From an uncultured Thermoplasmata archaeon (GTDB lineage: Archaea; Thermoplasmatota; Thermoplasmata; UBA10834), in the NCBI GenBank assembly GCA_963719945.1, contig CAVRDX010000001.1, positions 352,001 through 416,000 of the forward strand: 64,000 nucleotides of DNA. The letters run 5' to 3'. Under the pieces are notes generated by a model. That model did not search any database. It had not been told where the DNA came from and saw only the letters and a program-made list of their open reading frames with translations. Position 1 is the stretch's first letter, and each line of letters opens with the position of its first letter. The position numbers and the translations under genes were made by a program. Of the stretch, positions 57,100 through 64,000 are shown piece after piece.

Positions 57100-57362
57100 G
57101 AATGACTCCCTCCAGTTCGAAGTTCCTCGCGATTCCACCCCACAGGCAAAGAACCACTGTTTCGAATAATGCACTAATGGTCTTCTTGATATTTATCCAT
57201 GCCTTCGAAAACCAGACACTGACGCACTGCAATGTCATCTTACCAGATGTCGGGATGTATGCGAATCTTCTGTGTGATACTTGGAAACGGTTAATATATG
57301 TCTAGCTTCTTATCCGCTGAATCTGTGCTAAATAGCAGAATTTGTGTGCGGAGGAAGAAGAT

Positions 57363-58499
57363 ATGTCCGAGAAGATCACGGTTTCGCTTATCAAGGCCGA
57401 TGTTGGATCGATAGCTGGACACTCGAGACCCCACCCGAAGATGATGGAAGTCGCTTCGCTGGCGCTGGCCAAGGGCGTCAAGGACGGCCTTCTGTTGGAT
57501 TATTACGTCACAAGGTGCGGCGATGATATGGAACTCCTCATGACCCATAGGAACGGGGAGAACCACAAGGGCGTTCACGAAGTGGCCTGGAATGCGTTCA
57601 TGGACGCTGCCCAGGAGGCTAAGAAGATGCATCTGTATGCTGCCGGCCAGGACCTGCTGTCCGATGCGTTCTCTGGCAACGTTAGAGGCCAGGGTCCGGG
57701 AGCTGCAGAGATGGAGTTCGTCGAAAGGCCGACGGAGCCAATGCTCATATTCATGGCAGACAAATGCGGCCCAGCAGCGTACTCATTGCCAATTGCCAAG
57801 ATATTCATGGACCCGTTCACCACGACGGGATTGGTGATCGATCCGAGGGCACACATTGGATACGACATCGAGGTGGTCGATGTGATAGACCACAAGAAGG
57901 TCATCATGAGTTCTCCCGCTGAGCTGTACGATATCCTCGCCCTGATAGGAGACACAACCAGATACGCAGTGAAGCGCGTCCTCCACAGAGACATCGGCAT
58001 CGCTGCCGTCGTCTCGACTGAGAAGTTGAACATATCCGCTGGCAAGTATGTCGGCAAGGACGACCCGGTCCTGATGGTCCGATGCCAATCCGGGCTTCCC
58101 GCAGTCGGTGAGGCGCTGCAGCCATTCGCGTTCCCACAGCTGGTGTCCGGTTGGATGAGGGGATCACACTACGGTGCATGGTTCCCCTGCGCGGTAGACG
58201 AGTCGGACCCAACCTATCATGACGGTCCTCCGCGGGTATGCTCGCTCGGGATCCAGATATCCAACGGCAGGATACAGGGGGTAGAGCCACCGAACTCTCC
58301 TCCAGGCAACCATAAGCCTCTTGATTACTTCGCAGGCAAGGAGTGGGACCCGGTCCGTAACAAGGCCATGGAGATATCCATGTACATGCGTGGCCACGGT
58401 CCTTTCATGCCTGGAATCGTCTCCCCCGAGGAGCTCGAGTACACAACCCGGCCGGATGTGCTGAAGAAGATCGAGTCCAGGATGGAGCCTCTCGAATGA
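57363..58499 (+). CDS. fbp: Fructose-1,6-bisphosphate aldolase/phosphatase (class V)
   Basis: IKADVG, CGDD, YAAGQDLLSDAFSGNVRG, GKYVGKDDP, GWMRGSH. Confidence 0.96.
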   Translation: MSEKITVSLIKADVGSIAGHSRPHPKMMEVASLALAKGVKDGLLLDYYVTRCGDDMELLMTHRNGENHKGVHEVAWNAFMDAAQEAKKMHLYAAGQDLLSDAFSGNVRGQGPGAAEMEFVERPTEPMLIFMADKCGPAAYSLPIAKIFMDPFTTTGLVIDPRAHIGYDIEVVDVIDHKKVIMSSPAELYDILALIGDTTRYAVKRVLHRDIGIAAVVSTEKLNISAGKYVGKDDPVLMVRCQSGLPAVGEALQPFAFPQLVSGWMRGSHYGAWFPCAVDESDPTYHDGPPRVCSLGIQISNGRIQGVEPPNSPPGNHKPLDYFAGKEWDPVRNKAMEISMYMRGHGPFMPGIVSPEELEYTTRPDVLKKIESRMEPLE

Positions 58500-58508
58500 G
58501 GTATCTGC

Positions 58509-59189
58509 GTGTCCTCTAGAAGACCTCTCATAGCCGTGAACTTCAAGACATACGTTGAGGCTAGTGGAGACGAGGCCGTATCGCTGGCAAAGATATGCGA
58601 TGACGTGGTCAATGAGACGGGCGCGTCGATAGTCGTCGCACCGCCCATGCCCGATATCTCGCGGATAGCATCTGTCGTGGACATCCCAGTCTTCGCCCAG
58701 CACGTGGACGATGTGAAGCCTGGAGGCACCACGGGATATGTGACTCTTGAGAATGTCAAAGCGTCGGGCGCTAAGGGCACATTGCTAAACCACTCAGAGC
58801 ACAGGATCAAGGTGGCCGAGATACATGACCTGATTGAGCGTGCCCACAAGCTCGGCCTTTCCACTATCGTTTGCACAAACAACATCGGCGTGAGCCGAGC
58901 GTGTGCGGCCATGGGTCCGAATTATGTCGCGATTGAGCCACCCGAATTGATAGGTGGTGACATCTCCGTCACGACGGCCAACCCGAAGATAGTGAGCGAC
59001 ACCGTGACGACCATCCGTGCCGTGAGCGACAAGGTATCTGTCCTCTGCGGTGCTGGTGTGAAGAACGGCGTGGATGTTCGAAAGGCGATAGAGCTGGGAG
59101 CCGAAGGCGTACTCCTCGCAAGCGGGGTCGTCAAGGCGAAGGATAAGCGCGCGGTCCTGCTCGATCTTGTGTCTGGCCTCGACGGATAG
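58509..59189 (+). CDS. tpiA: Triosephosphate isomerase (archaeal type)
   Basis: VNFKTY, LNHSE, AIEPPELIG, LLASGVVKA. Confidence 0.97.
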   Translation: MSSRRPLIAVNFKTYVEASGDEAVSLAKICDDVVNETGASIVVAPPMPDISRIASVVDIPVFAQHVDDVKPGGTTGYVTLENVKASGAKGTLLNHSEHRIKVAEIHDLIERAHKLGLSTIVCTNNIGVSRACAAMGPNYVAIEPPELIGGDISVTTANPKIVSDTVTTIRAVSDKVSVLCGAGVKNGVDVRKAIELGAEGVLLASGVVKAKDKRAVLLDLVSGLDG

Positions 59190-59244
59190 GAAGCATACCT
59201 GTAGTCATTCCTCATTATGCCTAGATGATCCCCTTTACTCTTCG

Positions 59245-61414
59245 ATGCGGAGGGACTTTCCAGTTGTGGCATCACTGGCCTTGCTACTGCTCCTTGTACC
59301 GGGAATGATTCTTCCGCATCCATCTCCTCCGAGCGCCGTGAGAGTGCATCCGTCGCTCTCCGTTGATGGTCCCATCGTGATCATTTCTGAATTCTATCCA
59401 TGCGGAGTCGATTACGATGAGTACATCGTGCTATGGAACGGTGGTTCGGACGAGGTCGTACTCACGGATTGGACCATCTCAGATGGCGAAGGCGTGTTGC
59501 TGTTCACAACGCCCATCCATATTCTCCCAGGCGATGAAGTCCACATATCCTCGAATGATGATTCATTCGTCGACGCATTTGGAGTCCCTCCTGAGGTTAC
59601 CGTGCAAGGATGGAATACGAACGAATCTGGTCACAGCCTCAGGTTCGTTCAGATTGGCAGACATCGGAGACTCCATTGTCCTCCAATCCCCAGATGGTCG
59701 AGTCGTCGATTCCGCGTGCTATGGAGATTCCGGTGTTCCGGATGGCTGGTTCGGGAGTCCGATGCCTGCCCTCAGACAAGGCGAGGTCGCAAAGCGAGTC
59801 CTGATGGACGGCATCCCTATCGATACTGATGTCTCTACCGATTGGATGCCTTTCAGGGAATACAGGTATGGCTATACCGAGCACACCGCAATCGTGGATG
59901 AGATCCCGGCTGGGGGAATAACGGCATTCGCCAGCCCTGATTGCTCCCTCGAAGTCGTCTTAGACGCGGTCCGGTCAGCATCGGCTTCTGTCCGTATATG
60001 CGCATATGAATTGTATTCGGTCCCATTCTGCGAGACTCTGGCCATCGTCAGCAGGTCTGGAGTGGATGTCTCGGTGCTGGTGGATATTGACCCTGCCGGG
60101 GGTATTTGCCAGATGGAGATCGACTGCCTTTCATTCCTCTCCAACTCTGGTTGCCTGGTCAATGGCATCCATGGCAACCTGGACGATGACATCGTGAGGC
60201 ATATGGGCCCGTTGCATCCAAAGTATATGGTGGTCGATGAGACCAGCATCTTGGTCATGTCCGAGAACTTCGTCCCTGATGGCATTCCTGAGGACCAAGT
60301 TCATGGGAATAGGGGATGGGGTGTCTGGGTCGAGAGCGAGAAGTTAGCTGGATTCCTAACCCATGTGTTCGATGAAGATGCTCGGCAATCCCGTGACGAT
60401 GTGATTGCTTGGACTAGCACCGAATGGTTCGATGTCGACGTAGGATCATTCGAGCAGTCCATGCCAATATACCTCTCAGGTGCCCTCCGACCACATCGTT
60501 CGACAGAGGCGTGCACCGTCCGGCTCCATGTCTCGCCGGATGCGTCGATTCAGAGCCCGTTCCTAACACCATTCCTCGAATCGTCCGGTAATATCATGTT
60601 CGAACAGTTCCAGTCGGATATCTACTGGAACACTAGATGGTCAAGCGAGGCGACCACGAACCCGCTTTTCACCTCCATAATCGATGCTTTGCGAAACGGC
60701 GGACAATCCAGAGGCATACTGGATTCGTCCTGGTTCAACCTGGATCGCAATAATGCTACGGTCTCCTATCTCTCTTCCATAGCTGTATCTGAGGGTCTGG
60801 ACGGTTCGTTCATTCTGATGGATGAACGAAGCCCCATCACAATCCTCCACAACAAAGGTCTCATCTTGGACGACCGAACGGTCGTGATCTCGAGCAACAA
60901 CTGGGTCTATTCGTCGTTCGCTCGGAACCGTGAGCTCGCCGCAATGGTGGATAGTGAAGAGCTGGCAGGCTATTTCACAGATGCCTTCCACATGGATTGG
61001 TTCCCTGATGATGTCCCTCCGATCGCCATCGCTGGTCAGGACATCAATGCCAGGGTGGGCGATGTTGTGCCATTGGATGCCGGCAAATCAAGTGATGACA
61101 GGGCGATTGCCCAGATATGGTGGGACTTCGATGGGGACGGATCGGCTGATTCGTACGGTCCGCGGATAGATTATGCCGTCACGGCTTCGGGGAAGCATCT
61201 TGTGACGGTCCATGTCGAGGATACATGGGGTAACGACGCAAGCGATACGCTGGTCCTGCTCGTTTCAGGATATGAGGACGGCCCTGCAATCCCTATCACG
61301 ACCGTCTACGCACGCCCTCCGACCTGGATACTGCCGCTCGCTCTGATACCTGTAATCTTGGTTCTCAGGCGACTGTCCGTTCGCAAACTTAATCTCGGAA
61401 AAGGCGGTTCATGA
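59245..61414 (+). pseudogene. Secreted lamin-tail + 2xHKD phospholipase D + PKD protein, frameshifted near 59620
   Basis: Signal peptide and LTD start (IISEFYP..DEYIVLWN) lie in one frame. The LTD end (FRLADIGDSIVL), HPKYMVVD, HNKGLILD, PKD and TM anchor lie in the +1 frame. ACGA is duplicated at 59617-59624. Confidence 0.75.
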
Positions 61415-61430
61415 GATTTGACGATTACAA

Positions 61431-61874
61431 ATGCTCGTTGTCAGAAACTTCTCACCCACGGATATCCCTGTCATCACCAAGGTCGTGAAGGATTCATTGG
61501 GGGAGACATACCCATCCTCTCTCTATCTGACCATACACAACCTCTGGCCCGAAGGCTTCCAGGTAGCCCTTAGTGATGGCAGAATCGTCGCATTCGTCGC
61601 GGCAGTGGTGTCGAGTCCTAAAGTGGCCCGAGTCTTGATGCTAGCGGTGAGACCAGAATGCCGCGGACAATTCATCGGGTCGACCCTGATGGATGAGCTC
61701 TATCGCCAATGTATCGGAAAGGGATTGGATTCCATAGTGCTCGAAGTCAGGATGAGCAATACCCGTGCAAGGGCCTTCTACGAGAAGCTCGGCTTCAAGG
61801 TATTCGACGAAATCAAAAAGTTCTACACGAACGGGGAGGCCGCCTTCAAGATGATGAAGGTGCTCCAGAGCTGA
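61431..61874 (+). CDS. rimI: RimI/Ard1-like N-terminal acetyltransferase
   Basis: LAVRPECRGQFIG, LEVRMSN, FYEKLGF, YTNGEAA. Confidence 0.85.
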   Translation: MLVVRNFSPTDIPVITKVVKDSLGETYPSSLYLTIHNLWPEGFQVALSDGRIVAFVAAVVSSPKVARVLMLAVRPECRGQFIGSTLMDELYRQCIGKGLDSIVLEVRMSNTRARAFYEKLGFKVFDEIKKFYTNGEAAFKMMKVLQS

Positions 61875-61889
61875 TCATTGGATTGCTTT

Positions 61890-63425
61890 TCAACGATATC
61901 CCTGTTTGTCATCGTGGACATGCTGGTTCCAGTAATGGTATGGTGATGAATCCCTCTCGGATCCGCTCATGTCCTTGGCCACTCCGCCGAGGAAGCTCCC
62001 GTACTTCTCCTTGATCTGCTCTTCAACCGGACGGGCGCGTTTAAGGGCCTCCTTAATGTGTTTCGCCTCAATGAGTGTGGCTCCTTCTACTATCGCCACA
62101 TCGCCAGCAGCTCGGATCAACCCACCAAGTTCCCTTAGCCTCAATGTCAGAGCTTTGTCTTTGTTGTCCATCAGCCTGGCCCTCTTGCGGGCCTCGTCGA
62201 TTATCATCTGGATTGCTTCCCTGGTCGCGTGTGGTATCTTGCCATCCATGACGATCTCCTGGGCCACGAACTGCGCGAGCTTCATGCAGTTCTCGTTCGT
62301 ATCGGGCATTGTGGTATCCACGAGGACCTCGTATCCGCCGCCATTCACTCTCGACCTCAATGGCGACATTATCTGCGGGAGGTCCTGTATGTTGCACGCT
62401 CCGACGAATATGAAATCACAGGGTACGCTATCGACTCTGACGCTTGCGCCTGCGCTCTGAGGGTTTCTGCCGGCGATGGGGAATCTCTTCTCTTGCATGG
62501 CTGTCAGTATGAATCTCTGAAGATGGCCCAGATGAGGCAATTCGTCTACGAAAAGCACTCCCTGATGGGCATTGTGTATGTCACCCGCGACGACTCTGTC
62601 GTAGGGTTGTGTCCCTAGCTGTGGATGTCCTCCGTACGGGTCGTGCCGAACATCTCCAAGTAGTTCTGTCTCGCTTGCGCCTGTTGCTAGGACGAACGGA
62701 TTCCTCCCAATGGGCACTATGACCTTTCTGGGGCTCTCCTTCTCCAACTCCCTCCGTTTCTCGAGGGCTGGCTGGTCGAGAACCTTGATCATATCGCCTG
62801 AACGTTCAAACACTACCACCTCTTCCTTTCCGAACCTCTTCCTGGTGGTAGTGACCCTGTCTCTCCCAGCCATCTGACCCATAGTGACTTCCATTAGCCC
62901 GCCTAGTATGTCCCCGAACGGGTTGTTCGATGTGGAACGTATCTGTTGTGCCACCTTCGCTCGCGCGCATTTGGGGCAGAAACTCTCCTTCGGGGAGGAA
63001 TAGGTCCCACAGCTGGTGCATCTGTATCCAAGTCTCTCAGCAACGTTCACAGGTGCTTCCTTGGGGTCGATGTACTCCCCCTCTGCGTAACCCTTGGATT
63101 CCAGCTCCTTCTCGACCTCATTCGAGTTCCTGACCTCGACCAGGGGTCGCTCTGGATTCTCTGGGTTATGGACCACCCTGATCTCTTCTGTCGGTCTCTT
63201 CAGGTGGAGCGCCAGAGCCTGTGCTATCATCGATTTACCAGTGCCTGGCGGGCCCACGAGCAGAAGATGCCTCATCTGTGAGGCGGCTATCCTCGCAAGT
63301 CGGACGGCCTCCTCTTGTCCGATGACTCTGTCGAGAGGGTCAGAGGCTATCCTGATGTCCTTTGAAGTCTCTATCTCGTCCAACGACTTGAGGACCTTTT
63401 GTCCACCGGAAGCCTCTTCGGTCAT
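61890..63425 (-). CDS. LonB-related AAA+ ATPase lacking a protease domain
   Basis: DRVIGQEEA, GPPGTGKS, LLGDVRHDP, LFVDE, PCDF, LRLRELGGL; ends after the AAA lid. Confidence 0.85.
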   Translation of the reverse strand: MTEEASGGQKVLKSLDEIETSKDIRIASDPLDRVIGQEEAVRLARIAASQMRHLLLVGPPGTGKSMIAQALALHLKRPTEEIRVVHNPENPERPLVEVRNSNEVEKELESKGYAEGEYIDPKEAPVNVAERLGYRCTSCGTYSSPKESFCPKCARAKVAQQIRSTSNNPFGDILGGLMEVTMGQMAGRDRVTTTRKRFGKEEVVVFERSGDMIKVLDQPALEKRRELEKESPRKVIVPIGRNPFVLATGASETELLGDVRHDPYGGHPQLGTQPYDRVVAGDIHNAHQGVLFVDELPHLGHLQRFILTAMQEKRFPIAGRNPQSAGASVRVDSVPCDFIFVGACNIQDLPQIMSPLRSRVNGGGYEVLVDTTMPDTNENCMKLAQFVAQEIVMDGKIPHATREAIQMIIDEARKRARLMDNKDKALTLRLRELGGLIRAAGDVAIVEGATLIEAKHIKEALKRARPVEEQIKEKYGSFLGGVAKDMSGSERDSSPYHYWNQHVHDDKQGYR

Positions 63426-63441
63426 GTGAAGTTCCCGCGTC

Positions 63442-64000
63442 CTAGCTCAGATCCTCCTTCGTGAGGATCTCCACATTCGTGGGGAGCTTGGCTACGTTTC
63501 CTACCTTGACACCGACTACGGATGAAATATTCTTTTCCACGGCCAAGTCCAGAACTCGCTGGGTTATTATGCCATCGAGCACCACTGCGCGCACGCCCGT
63601 ACCGGATTCCTTGAGCGTCTCAGCGAGCTTGCTCACATGCACTTCTTTCATCACATTGCCGTTCTCGTTGAGCAGCTTCGCCTTCGAGCTGTTGTTCAGC
63701 TCCGAGAGCACGTCCTTGAATCTGAGCTGTTCGGGGGACAACCTCGGGGTCGACGGCTGTGGCTGCGGCCGGTCCTCGTGTCTCGGTTGACGTGATTCTC
63801 TCGGCTCTCGCCTCCGGTCACGGTCGTCATCCCTTCTTCCGCGGTCTCCACGGCCTTCCTCGGACCTGCCCTGTTTTTCACCATTTCTGCCCGAAGAAGC
63901 TCCAAGATTGACCATTTCTGCAAACTGGTCGGCCGGAACCTTGTTCCTCAGGCACTTGACCATCTGCTTCTGTGTCAACTCCTCGACTTCCTGTCCGTTC
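63442..64000 (-). CDS. dnaG: Archaeal DnaG primase, C-terminal part (start outside window)
   Basis: EVEELTQKQMVKCLRNKVP and AVVLDGIITQRVLD motifs of the archaeal DnaG C-terminus. Confidence 0.85.
   Translation of the reverse strand, partial: NGQEVEELTQKQMVKCLRNKVPADQFAEMVNLGASSGRNGEKQGRSEEGRGDRGRRDDDRDRRREPRESRQPRHEDRPQPQPSTPRLSPEQLRFKDVLSELNNSSKAKLLNENGNVMKEVHVSKLAETLKESGTGVRAVVLDGIITQRVLDLAVEKNISSVVGVKVGNVAKLPTNVEILTKEDLS

Overview
Archaeal chromosomal segment, most consistent with Thermoplasmatota (Methanomassiliicoccales-related Thermoplasmata); this is inferred from gene content and GGTGA/GGAGG ribosome-binding sites. It is mostly housekeeping: the alternative shikimate pathway (aroA'/aroB'-aroDE-aroK-aroA-aroC-chorismate mutase), thi4, carAB, ribBLCH, pgi/pmi, glyA, ttuA, rfcS, rpl40e, topA, purA, trm1, psd-pssA-mptD, korDABC plus acdB, nadA, rubrerythrin, hjc, aspS, acdA, fbp-tpiA, rimI, a protease-less Lon-like ATPase and the 3' end of dnaG. 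The standout is a 1374-bp mobile element (20213-21586) that encodes only a TnpB RNA-guided nuclease homolog. It is bounded by 24-bp terminal inverted repeats (GGTTCTGTCAAT..., 21/24 identical) and a perfect 9-bp target-site duplication (CCACTCAGA). That is the architecture of a DDE-type (IS1/IS6-like) element, not the TIR-less, TSD-less IS200/IS605/IS607 context in which TnpB normally occurs. Its RuvC-III Asp is replaced by His, and its predicted guide would begin with the TSD. Features absent from the ORF track: a box C/D sRNA whose D guide fits C34 of intron-containing pre-tRNA-Met, rpl40e, a 46-aa YHS/TRASH protein, three probable CTG starts, a PLD gene frameshifted by a 4-bp duplication, and several structured intergenic elements. 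No rRNA, tRNA or CRISPR array was seen. All calls come from reading the sequence; no searches were run.
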